Shown here: in pieces, positions 1 through 8,167 of the stretch
Numbering within the stretch: position 1 is the first letter of the stretch
Layout: every line of letters starts with the position of its first letter
From: an uncultured delta proteobacterium
GTDB taxonomy: Bacteria; Myxococcota_A; Polyangia; Fen-1088
NCBI GenBank assembly: GCA_963767925.1
Contig: CAVYGB010000002.1
Location: 1,856,001 to 1,920,000 of the forward strand
Direction: 5' to 3'
Length of the DNA: 64,000 bases
Program-made: the position numbers and the translations under genes
The notes under the pieces: model-generated
Told to the model about the DNA's origin: nothing
Database searches by the model: none
What the model saw: only the letters and a program-made list of their open reading frames with translations

Positions 1-339
1 GCGCTTGAGGTGGTCGAAGGCGATGTTGAGCATCACCCGGTGCAGGAAGGTCGCGAACGCCGCCTCGCCGCGGAAGCGATCCAGCGCCCGGAACACCTCG
101 AAGAAGATCTGCTGCACCAGATCCTCCCGATCGGGATCCGGGCCGATCAGGCGGCCCAGCCGCCGCCACACCATATCGACGTGCCGGCGGTAGAGATCGT
201 CGAAGGCCTGCCGGTCGCCGCCCATGGCCCGGCGCACGACGTCCTCGTCGCGGTCGACCAGCGCCTCGGCAGCGCCGGACAGCGGGCGTTCGGGCCGGCG
301 CACCGCCCACAGCACCGTCAGCATCGCCCCGGCGCTCAC
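1..339 (-). CDS. ECF RNA polymerase sigma-70 factor (3' end runs off window)
   Basis: Not in ORF track. Manual translation: ...DEDVVRRAMGGDRQAFDDLYRRHVDMVWRRLGRLIGPDPDREDLVQQIFFEVFRALDRFRGEAAFATFLHRVMLNIAFDHLKR, matching sigma region 2. GTG at 339 overlaps the upstream TGA; alternative ATG at 324. Confidence 0.9.
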   Translation of the reverse strand, partial: MSAGAMLTVLWAVRRPERPLSGAAEALVDRDEDVVRRAMGGDRQAFDDLYRRHVDMVWRRLGRLIGPDPDREDLVQQIFFEVFRALDRFRGEAAFATFLHRVMLNIAFDHLKR

Positions 340-1490
340 CGCGCCCTCCAGAGCAGGCCCATCCGCACCGCGGGCACGACCCGCCCCGTGCGCAGCAGCG
401 AGTGCCCACCCACCCGGAAGTCGACCGCGTTGGCCACGACGTCCACCCCGCCCGCCACCAGCAGGCCGAAGCCCCGGCCGAGCGCAAACGCCCGCTGCGC
501 CCCCACCTGCCCGCCCAGCAACACTCCCTGGACCGACCGCACAGCCCCGCCCGCCACCCCGACGGTCCGGTAACCCCGGGCCAGCCCACCCATCGACAGC
601 GTCCAGCCGCCCCGGCGCAGGAACAGCCCCAGCCGCAGCGGCGCCATGTGCACGACCAGCGTTTGCGGCACCAGGTTCCCGGTCCCGACGAGCCCGCGCC
701 CCTGCCCGTAGCCGAGCTCGCCGAGCAGGCCCACCTGGGTCGCGCCGGCATCCCCCGCGAGTTGCCAGGCCACCAACGCCGTCGGCTCGAGCGCGAGCCC
801 CGCGCTCGTCGCGCCCCGGTTCACCACGCCCGCCAGCCCGAACATCAGCGTCCCATCGCCAAACCCCCGCCCCCCACCGCCGCCGTCGCCACCACGACCG
901 GCACCTTCGCTGCCCAGGCGCCGCGCCCCCTGGCCACTCCCACCGCCTTCGGCATCGCCACCCGCACCGTCGTCACCAAGGCGACCCGCATGGTCGTCCC
1001 CACCGGCGTCACCGCCGCGCAGGTCGGCCTGCCCGGCGCCCGCCGCCACCGGGGGCAGCTCCAGCGGACGGAGCACGTCGACCACCGCCAGCGCCACCAG
1101 CCGCGCCGCCTCCTCGCCCCGGGCCGCACCGAGCACCACCACCCGCCTCCGCCCCGCCGTGCTCGCCTGAACCACCCCCTTCTCCGCCCAGCCGATCGCC
1201 ACCTCCGCCGGATCCCCGCCCGCACCCTCCGCCGCCAGCGCTCCGGCCGGCTGCCGGATGGTCACCGCCGACGCGAGCTCCACCTGGCTGAACGGCGGCA
1301 GCGTCTCCGCCGGGAACCGCCAGGCCAGCGCCCACCCCGGCCCCGCCTCGGCCCGCCCCGCCGCGACCGCCAACAGCCCCACCACCACCCCGAGCGCGAG
1401 GAGCCGTGCCCCGACCCCACGGGCACCTCCGCCGGATCTCCGGGCGTCCCCCGCGAAGGGACGCCACACACTGCGCAGGCGGGCCGTCAC
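336..1490 (-). CDS. Exported hypothetical protein of ECF sigma cluster (beta-strand-rich C-terminus)
   Basis: Signal-like LLALGVVVGLLAVAAGRAEA. Amphipathic beta strands end in MGLLWRAR. Stop overlaps the sigma start (GTGA). Start estimated at GTG 1490. Confidence 0.65.
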   Translation of the reverse strand: MTARLRSVWRPFAGDARRSGGGARGVGARLLALGVVVGLLAVAAGRAEAGPGWALAWRFPAETLPPFSQVELASAVTIRQPAGALAAEGAGGDPAEVAIGWAEKGVVQASTAGRRRVVVLGAARGEEAARLVALAVVDVLRPLELPPVAAGAGQADLRGGDAGGDDHAGRLGDDGAGGDAEGGGSGQGARRLGSEGAGRGGDGGGGGRGFGDGTLMFGLAGVVNRGATSAGLALEPTALVAWQLAGDAGATQVGLLGELGYGQGRGLVGTGNLVPQTLVVHMAPLRLGLFLRRGGWTLSMGGLARGYRTVGVAGGAVRSVQGVLLGGQVGAQRAFALGRGFGLLVAGGVDVVANAVDFRVGGHSLLRTGRVVPAVRMGLLWRAR

Positions 1491-1879
1491 GTCTGCTTGG
1501 TCTTCCCCGCCACGCGAACCTTGAAAAAAAGTGTGCAGGGAAACCTGCCACCGCGCCCGACGCACGCCTACCAGCGTCGACCACCCCCACCGCGTCGATC
1601 GCCCGCACAGCGCGCGATTCCGCGCCGGCCGTGCACCGGAGCCGGTTGCATCACCGGTCGGCGCACTGTCCGGATCGATCGGGCCCGATTGACCCGGCCG
1701 TTTCCCGGGTCGGCGCACCGCTCAGATCAAAGCAGACACGGTTGGCCCCAGGCGCTTCAATCACAGACCAGCGGCAACGCCTTCAAGAGGAGCACCGATC
1801 GAACCCGCTCGTCGAGGCAGAGCGAGAGCAGGCCACCCCCGCGGGGGAGGGAGGGAGGGAGGGATCCTCTTTCGGGGGG

Positions 1880-1925
1880 CGTGAACGCCTGCTCGCCGTC
1901 TGCGGCGACGCCAAGGCGTTCACGA
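1880..1925. terminator. Hairpin downstream of MBL gene
   Basis: CGTGAACGCCT..TCGCCG-TCTG-CGGCGA..AGGCGTTCACG inverted repeat. Confidence 0.45.
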
Positions 1926-1975
1926 GGCCGCAGCGCCGCCCGCCAGGGCCCTCCCCCAGCCGCTCGCGCGGGACC

Positions 1976-3118
1976 CTACCGCCACCAGGTGTCGAGCGGC
2001 GGGGGCGCCGCTGGATCGACGGGCTCGCCCGGGCGGGGGACGGTGAGCGTCACGCTCGCCGCGTGCGCCGCTGCCAGGACGCGGTCGCCCGGCTCGTTCC
2101 AGCGGTGAAAGGCCAGGTTGAAGGTGGCCCAGTGAACCGGGAACAGCAGCTTCGCGCCGACATCCTGGCTCACCTTGACCGCCTGCTCGGGGTCGAGGTG
2201 GATCTCCGGCCAGGTCTCGCCGTAAGCCCCGATCTTGACGAGCGCCACATCGAAGGGCCCCAGGCGGCGGCCGATCTCGGCGAACGTGGGGGAGTAGCCC
2301 GTGTCGCCGCTGTAGTAGACCCGGCGCTCGCGGTTGTCGATCACCCAGGAAGCCCACTGGGTCTGGTTCTCGCGCCAGGGCAAGCGCCCGGAGAAGTGGC
2401 GCGCCGGCGTCGCCGTGATCCGCAGGTCGTCGAGCGCCTCGCTCTGCCACCAGTCGAGCTCGCGCACCTGCCCCGCGGGGACCCCCCAGCGCGCGAGGTG
2501 CGCCCCCACCGCCAGCGGCACGAAGAACACCGTCCCGCGCCCCGCCAGCGCCACCACCGTCGCCTGGTCGAGGTGGTCGTAGTGGTCGTGCGAGATCACC
2601 ACCGCGTGGATGGGCGGCAGATCAGTCAGCGCGATGGGCGGCGGGAAGAAGCGCACCGGCCCCACCCAGCCGAACGGCGAGCAGCGGTCGCTGAAGATCG
2701 GATCGGTCAGCAGGCGCTTGCTGCCGATCTCGACAAGCGTGGTGGAGTGTCCCAGCCAGGTCAGCCGCAACCCTCCGGGCGGCGCGCTGGCGATCTCCCC
2801 GGGGCCGCGCTTGACCACCGGCACCGCCCCCGGGGGCTGCCGCTCCTCGTCCCCGAACATCTGGCGGCGCAGCGTCTGCAGCATCGTGCCCGCCACCAGC
2901 GTGCGGGTGGGGACGAGGTTCTGGAAGGTCCCGCCGCGGTAGTTGGGCGAGCGCTGCACCTCGGCCAGCCGCTGCCCGTCGATGCGGGCCCCGAAGCTGG
3001 TGGTCGAGGTGAGGACCGCGATGACCAGGAGGACGAGGGCGCCGAGGACCGCCCCCGCCACCCCCCATCGCCGCCGACTCCGCCCGGGGCTCGATTCCAG
3101 CACCATACGCACCACCAT
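1976..3118 (-). CDS. MBL-fold metallo-hydrolase (NAPE-PLD/RomA-like)
   Basis: WLGHST, TDPIFS, SHDHYDHLD, GDTGY and PVHWATF motifs, plus an N-terminal TM helix. Confidence 0.9.
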   Translation of the reverse strand: MVVRMVLESSPGRSRRRWGVAGAVLGALVLLVIAVLTSTTSFGARIDGQRLAEVQRSPNYRGGTFQNLVPTRTLVAGTMLQTLRRQMFGDEERQPPGAVPVVKRGPGEIASAPPGGLRLTWLGHSTTLVEIGSKRLLTDPIFSDRCSPFGWVGPVRFFPPPIALTDLPPIHAVVISHDHYDHLDQATVVALAGRGTVFFVPLAVGAHLARWGVPAGQVRELDWWQSEALDDLRITATPARHFSGRLPWRENQTQWASWVIDNRERRVYYSGDTGYSPTFAEIGRRLGPFDVALVKIGAYGETWPEIHLDPEQAVKVSQDVGAKLLFPVHWATFNLAFHRWNEPGDRVLAAAHAASVTLTVPRPGEPVDPAAPPPLDTWWR

Positions 3119-3168
3119 ACCTCAGCGGCGGGCAATCGCCCCCCACCGGCGGCGCGCGACGCCGCGGC

Positions 3169-3420
3169 CTACTGGACCAGCGTCGTGGGCGCCGGAGCGG
3201 CCGTGTTGGACAGTCGGTGCGAGAGGTAGAGGCTCGCCAGGATCACGCCGACGCTCATCACGACGAGCAAGATCCCCTTTTGCACCTGGCGCACCGTCGC
3301 GTGCCGCTTGTGCGGGTCGCTCCGCGGACGGCGGGCAGAGTGCCGGTGGCCCCCGTTGCGACGCCGTCTCCGTGCTGCTGGAAACGACTCGATCCCAGGG
3401 GATCCATCCGAGGCGTTCAT
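3169..3420 (-). CDS. Small single-TM hypothetical protein
   Basis: MNASDG... with a basic stretch followed by hydrophobic GILLVVMSVGVILASLYL. Confidence 0.45.
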   Translation of the reverse strand: MNASDGSPGIESFPAARRRRRNGGHRHSARRPRSDPHKRHATVRQVQKGILLVVMSVGVILASLYLSHRLSNTAAPAPTTLVQ

Positions 3421-3453
3421 GGCCAGGTATTTTACTCCGGGCCCCCTTGACAG

Positions 3454-3469
3454 TGGCATCGGCGATGCA
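3454..3469 (+). promoter_or_regulatory. Candidate sigma-54 promoter
   Basis: TGGCATCGGCGATGCA has GG-N10-GC spacing, about 90 bp upstream of ATG 3562. Confidence 0.4.
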
Positions 3470-3561
3470 CAGGAAGGGACCTCTCGCTTCGCTAAATCAG
3501 GCCCCGACGGCTGCGGCTCCGCCTCTTGACAGCGCTGCGAGCAGGAAGTACCGCTCCCGAC

Positions 3562-4089
3562 ATGCACACGCGAGCCAGCGTCGCGCTCTTCACCCTCGCC
3601 ACTCTTCTTCTTCCTCTTCTTGGCGGCTGCTACACGACAAAGGTCCATACCGGCGCCATCGCCGCCGGCCCCGAGATCCGCGACCGCCAGTGGTTCACGA
3701 TCGGCGGCCTCGTCCCGCTGTCCGAGCCCACCGGCCTGCAGTGCCCCGGCGGCCTCGCCCGGGCCGAGAGCCAGCTCGCCGGCATGGATATCGTGCTCAA
3801 CGTGGCCCTCGCCCTGGTCGGCGGCGGCACGGCCGCCGTGCTCTGCCGGAACGAGAGCCGCGCAGAGCGCAACAGCTGCGCCTCCGCCGGCGCGTCGCTG
3901 GTCCCCTTCCTGTTCGCCTCGCGCACCGTCCGCTACACCTGCGCCGGCCCCGGCCCCGCCCCCGGCACCTGGCCCCCCCCTCCCGTCCAGGCCCCACCCG
4001 CGCCCTACCAACCTCCCCCTCCTCCGCCCGGGTCCTACCAACCTCCCCCCGCCCCGCCGCCATCCCCCCCGCCCGGCACCGCCAGCTAA
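3562..4089 (+). CDS. Bor/Iss-like lipoprotein with Pro-rich tail
   Basis: Lipobox LLGGC, followed by CYTTKVHTG...QWFTIGGLVP...CPGGLARAESQ...RTVRYTC, which resembles the Bor family pattern. Confidence 0.6.
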   Translation: MHTRASVALFTLATLLLPLLGGCYTTKVHTGAIAAGPEIRDRQWFTIGGLVPLSEPTGLQCPGGLARAESQLAGMDIVLNVALALVGGGTAAVLCRNESRAERNSCASAGASLVPFLFASRTVRYTCAGPGPAPGTWPPPPVQAPPAPYQPPPPPPGSYQPPPAPPPSPPPGTAS

Positions 4090-4137
4090 TCCCCGTCCCG
4101 CCCAACACCCGCCCAATTCAAGGCGTCCCCCGCGTAG

Positions 4138-4267
4138 CCGTCTCCGTCCCCGTCTCCGGGCACGTGCCTCAACACCCCATCGGTCATCTCGACGACACCT
4201 TCCGCAAGAACCTGATCTGCACCCGCGTCTTCCCCCCGCGCAGCGGAACGGGAACGGCAACGGGAAC
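4138..4267. repeat. Inverted hexamer-repeat arms
   Basis: CCGTCT-CCGTCC-CCGTCT at 4138-4158 is complementary to CGGAAC-GGGAAC-GGCAAC-GGGAAC at 4244-4267. Confidence 0.5.
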
Positions 4268-4423
4268 CCCCGGAGCGCACACCTCGATTGAGATATCTTC
4301 CACAGAGAGCGCACCGCGCGCGTTCCGCCCTACGCAGGCCCTCCGCACCGCCGACAACCGATCGCCGCCCTGCAAACGATCCCGCCCCCGTCGGTGCTTG
4401 TCTTGACCCCCGAGACTGGCCCG

Positions 4424-4848
4424 GTGAATCGGCGCCGCCGGCTCCTCTGCACCGGTCTGGCGGCGGCGCTCCTGTCCGCCTGCGGGTCGGTGCGGCTCGA
4501 CGGCCTCGGTGACGGCGGCAACAGCGCCGTCGGGGGCAACCAGCCCGACCCGTCCGACTGCGGCGCGCGCGACGGCGGGCCGCTCGGTCAGCCCGGCGAT
4601 CCGCCCGGCCCCGCGCCCGGTGCGCCGGGGCTGCTGCTGCGGCGGGCCCGCTTCGTCGAGGGGTTCGAGGCGAGCGACTGGCAGTGCAGCTCCACATCAC
4701 GATGTTCGACATCTTCAACAACGCCAACGCGCGCCTCGACGTGCGGGCCGAGGGGATCACCGCCGAGGGCTTCACCGCCGTCATGCAGACCTGGGCCGAC
4801 GCGCACATCTACCACCTCGGCCTGACCTGGACCGCGCTGCTGAAGTAG
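4424..4848 (+). pseudogene. H-type lectin domain lipoprotein, frameshifted near 4676
   Basis: Frame 2 gives lipobox LLSAC...RARFVEGFEA. Frame 1 continues LAVQLHITMFDIFNNANARLDVRAEGITAEGFTAVMQTWADAHIYHLGLTWTALLK*, the H-lectin pattern. Confidence 0.7.
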
Positions 4849-4931
4849 CAGCGCCCGGCCCGTGGCCTTTCCCGTCCCCCTCTCTTCTCTTCGAGGCGCG
4901 CCCCCGCCGTCGTGGTAGGCGCGCGCGCGGC

Positions 4932-5219
4932 TCACTGCACGGCGCAGGTGGCGGACACCGTGCCGCTGACGTTCCAGGGCAGCGTGCCGATCGAGACCCC
5001 GATCTCCAGGCTGCCCGCGCGGATACCGACGCCCTCCTTGACGTAGCGGGGCTGCGGCGTGCCGTCGGGACGGCGGACACAGTCGCAGTCGTTGCCCCAC
5101 AGATAAAACGGCACCGTGATGCCGAAGCCGCAGTCGGTGCGCTCGCGGCCGTAGGGGCAGGTCTGGTTGAAGGTGCCGTTGCGCTTGAAGCCCAGCGCCT
5201 GGCAGGTGTCGAGGGTCAA
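4932..5219 (-). CDS. Small Cys-rich hypothetical protein (possibly 5'-disrupted)
   Basis: GC3-rich codons and 6 Cys. The frame stays open upstream to an in-frame TAG near 5302, with no good start codon. Confidence 0.45.
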   Translation of the reverse strand: MTLDTCQALGFKRNGTFNQTCPYGRERTDCGFGITVPFYLWGNDCDCVRRPDGTPQPRYVKEGVGIRAGSLEIGVSIGTLPWNVSGTVSATCAVQ

Positions 5220-5403
5220 CCCCGGCGTGGGGGCCAGGTCGTTGAGCCAGCCTGGACTGTTTTCGAGGCAGCCGGGCTCCCTCGCTGGGCCCGGGCCAGC
5301 CTAGCGCAGGGCGCCCTCCGGTCGAGCCGGCGGCAAACAGTTCCAGGGGGAATCTGCACGCCCCCCCCCGGGGAGTGATCGGGAGCCGGCCGCTCTGCGT
5401 CTG

Positions 5404-5423
5404 GGGTAAAAAGCGCTTTACCC
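5404..5423. promoter_or_regulatory. LacI-type palindrome
   Basis: GGGTAAAAAGCGCTTTACCC, with a perfect AAAGCGCTTT core, between divergent genes. Confidence 0.4.
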
Positions 5424-5503
5424 GCGCGGCGCCGGTCCCGATTCGCCGCCCGCCCCCTATACTCCTGCGGCTGCCGCAGTGGCGCCCCCGGTCTGCGAGG
5501 AAC

Positions 5504-6760
5504 ATGGCTGCCGAGTCCAACGAAGACGACCGCCTGCTGGTAAAAGACGGCTGGAAGCACTACCGCCGCACCTACTCCGTCACCGAGTTCCGCTGGGGGC
5601 TGGCCTGCGGCGGCTTCCTGCTGCTCCTGATCGGCTGGGTGGTCTGGAAGGGCCGCCACCCCGACCCGGAGCTGTTCTCCGACGGCGCCGCCCTGCTGGA
5701 GGCCGCCGGCACCAAGCCGAAGATCGAGGTGTCGCACGCGCCGGTCGCGCCCCCCGCCACCGGCGCGGCCCCCGGCGGCAGCGCCGCCCCCGCCGGTGAG
5801 CCCGTCGCCGCTGCCGTCGGGCGGGGACCGCTGCCCCGGGGCCTGGCCGGCTCGGGCTGGACCGAGGACAAGATCGTCTCGTTCGACGAGGAGAACCTGT
5901 ACATCAAGATCGACGGCCGCGCCGACTACTTCCGGGCCTTCCACTTCAAGCGCATGCACAGCGTGCTGCTCACCAGCGCCGCCGACAGCGCGGTCACCAT
6001 CGACGTCGAGATGTACGACGTCTCGAACGCGGCCAACGCCCTCGGCGCCTATAGCGGCGAGCGGCCCCCCAACGCCAAGGTCGAGGTCACCGAGGCGGGC
6101 CTGCACCACTTCGACCGCAACGCCCTCTACATGGCGCGCGGCCCTTATTACATCCGGGTCATCGGCTCGGACGAGACCCCCCCGATCGCCGCGAAGCTGA
6201 AGCTGATCGGGGAAAAGCTGCTCTCCGACGTGGGCGGCGAGGCGCTGCCCTGGGCCTACGGCCTGTTCATCGGGCAGATGAACCTCGGCGCCGACAAGAT
6301 CACCTACTCGGCCAAGAACGCCTTCTCGCTCGGCTTCGCCGACGACGTCTGGGCGGTGCGCCCGGAGGGCAAGGAGACCGACCTCGAGCTGTTCGTCTCG
6401 GCCCGGCCCAGCGCCGCCGCCGCCCGCAAGCTGGCCGACAAGCTCCGGGCCTCGTTCAAGGAGCTCGGCGCCCCGGCGGGCCAGGCGGCGGGCGTCCCGC
6501 TCATCAAGGACCAGTTCCTCGGCCTCCTCTCCACCGCCACGACCCTCGACCGGATCACCTTCGGCCTGCGCGGCGCGGCCAGCGTCGCGGTGGCCACCGC
6601 CGAGCTCGAGCGCCTGCGCAAGACCCTGGCCAGCGCGCCCCCCGAGCTCCTGGCCCGGGCGGTGCCCGGCCTGGCTGGCGCCGCCGCCGCGCCCGCCGCC
6701 GAGAAGGCCCCTGCCGCGGCGACCCCCGCCGAGCCGTCCGAGGCCGACGAGGAGAAGTAG
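5504..6760 (+). CDS. DUF6599-like membrane-anchored protein
   Basis: N-terminal TM. FDEENLYIKIDGRADYF...IDVEMYDV..AANALGAYSGER signature. RBS GAGG before ATG 5504. Confidence 0.7.
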   Translation: MAAESNEDDRLLVKDGWKHYRRTYSVTEFRWGLACGGFLLLLIGWVVWKGRHPDPELFSDGAALLEAAGTKPKIEVSHAPVAPPATGAAPGGSAAPAGEPVAAAVGRGPLPRGLAGSGWTEDKIVSFDEENLYIKIDGRADYFRAFHFKRMHSVLLTSAADSAVTIDVEMYDVSNAANALGAYSGERPPNAKVEVTEAGLHHFDRNALYMARGPYYIRVIGSDETPPIAAKLKLIGEKLLSDVGGEALPWAYGLFIGQMNLGADKITYSAKNAFSLGFADDVWAVRPEGKETDLELFVSARPSAAAARKLADKLRASFKELGAPAGQAAGVPLIKDQFLGLLSTATTLDRITFGLRGAASVAVATAELERLRKTLASAPPELLARAVPGLAGAAAAPAAEKAPAAATPAEPSEADEEK

Positions 6761-6775
6761 AGCAGCAGCCCCCGG

Positions 6776-8167
6776 TCAGCCGAGGCCGGGCAGGGGGCCC
6801 TTGCCGTGGTTGCCGAAGCTGGTGATCGGCAGGCCCATGATCCGCCCGACCGAGGTCAGCAGATCGTTGTGGGCGGTGCCGCCGGGGTACTTGAGGTAGC
6901 GCCCGGTCTCCAGCAGCTTGCCGTCGGGCAGGGTGAAGTCCCCGGTCGCCAGCAGGAAGGGGTACCGCTTGCGGCTGTGAGGGCCGGTGCCGAGGTCGTT
7001 GGCCCAGAACAGCAGGGTGTTGTCGAACAGGGTCTTGCCGTCGCCGGTGGGGTACGACTGGAGCTGCTGGATGATGTACACGACCTGCTCGCAGAACCAG
7101 GTCGCGATCTTGTTGAGTTGCCCGTCGGGACCGGAGCTGCCCTGCTGGTGCGAGATGGCGTGCTGGCCGCCGTTGACCCCCAGCCAGGTGAAGGAGGTCA
7201 GCGAGGCGCGCGTCTGGATCGACCCCACCCGGGTGATGTCGCAGGCGAGCGCCATCGACAGCAGCTCCGAGTGCAGCTTGGTGTGCATCTGGAAGTCGGA
7301 GGTGCCAGCCGCCGGCGCCGGCGGCAGCTTGCAGCTCGCGCTGGCCCCCACCGCGCTGCCCGCCGCGCCGAGGGCCTCCAGCCCCCGCTCGATCTCCCGG
7401 ATGCCGTTCATGTGCCGGTCGAGCCGGGACTTGTCGGTGGCCCCCACCGTGGCGTGCAGGCGCTTGTACTCCTCCATGGCCCGGTCGAGGATGCTCTTCT
7501 TGCGCAGGCGCAGCCGCCCGAAGTCCTCGTTGACGGTGGGGCTGGGGTCGCCCGGGGTCACCGGCGTGGGCACCCCCGGCGAGAACAGCCGCTCGAACAC
7601 CTTGGCCGGATCGTCCTCGGGGAAGATGGCCTCGCGCGGGCCGCTGTGAAACAGGGAGTAGATGAAGTTGGTCTTGAGGAAGACGCTGGCCTCGATCGAC
7701 TTGAGGCGGGTGCCCGTCGAGATGTGGTTGGCCACCGCCTGGTCGATGGAGATGCCGTTGGCCCGCCCGCCGCTGTTGTTCTGCCCGGTGAGGGCGCCCG
7801 CTCGCCCGACCGCGTGGCAGGTGCCGCCGCTGGTCTTGTTGTCCAGGCCGTCGGGCATGATGACGTGCTTCTGGTAGGGCAACATGGGGTTGAGGATCGA
7901 CCCCATCTTGAATTCCTTCTCGCTGCCGGTCGGGAACCAGGCCGAGGGGACCACCCCGTTTTCGATGACGAAGGTGAACAGCCGCTTGGGCTCGGTGCGG
8001 CCCGCCGCCTGGGCGAAGGCCCGGCGGGGGCTCATGGCGTCGAGGAAGGGCAGGGCGATGGCCACCCGGCCCGCCCCGCGCAGCAGGGCCCGCCGCCCGA
8101 GCGGCGCGATGGCCGTCGTCCGGCGCGGCCGGGAGCCAGACCTCGATCCAGACGGGTCGCCGTTCAT
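6776..8167 (-). CDS. DUF1552 domain protein (Tat-like signal)
   Basis: RRALLRGAG..IALPFLDAM, SIDQAVA, LDRHMNGIREIE, ALACDITRV and HAISH motifs. ATGA overlap with the upstream gene. Confidence 0.88.
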   Translation of the reverse strand: MNGDPSGSRSGSRPRRTTAIAPLGRRALLRGAGRVAIALPFLDAMSPRRAFAQAAGRTEPKRLFTFVIENGVVPSAWFPTGSEKEFKMGSILNPMLPYQKHVIMPDGLDNKTSGGTCHAVGRAGALTGQNNSGGRANGISIDQAVANHISTGTRLKSIEASVFLKTNFIYSLFHSGPREAIFPEDDPAKVFERLFSPGVPTPVTPGDPSPTVNEDFGRLRLRKKSILDRAMEEYKRLHATVGATDKSRLDRHMNGIREIERGLEALGAAGSAVGASASCKLPPAPAAGTSDFQMHTKLHSELLSMALACDITRVGSIQTRASLTSFTWLGVNGGQHAISHQQGSSGPDGQLNKIATWFCEQVVYIIQQLQSYPTGDGKTLFDNTLLFWANDLGTGPHSRKRYPFLLATGDFTLPDGKLLETGRYLKYPGGTAHNDLLTSVGRIMGLPITSFGNHGKGPLPGLG

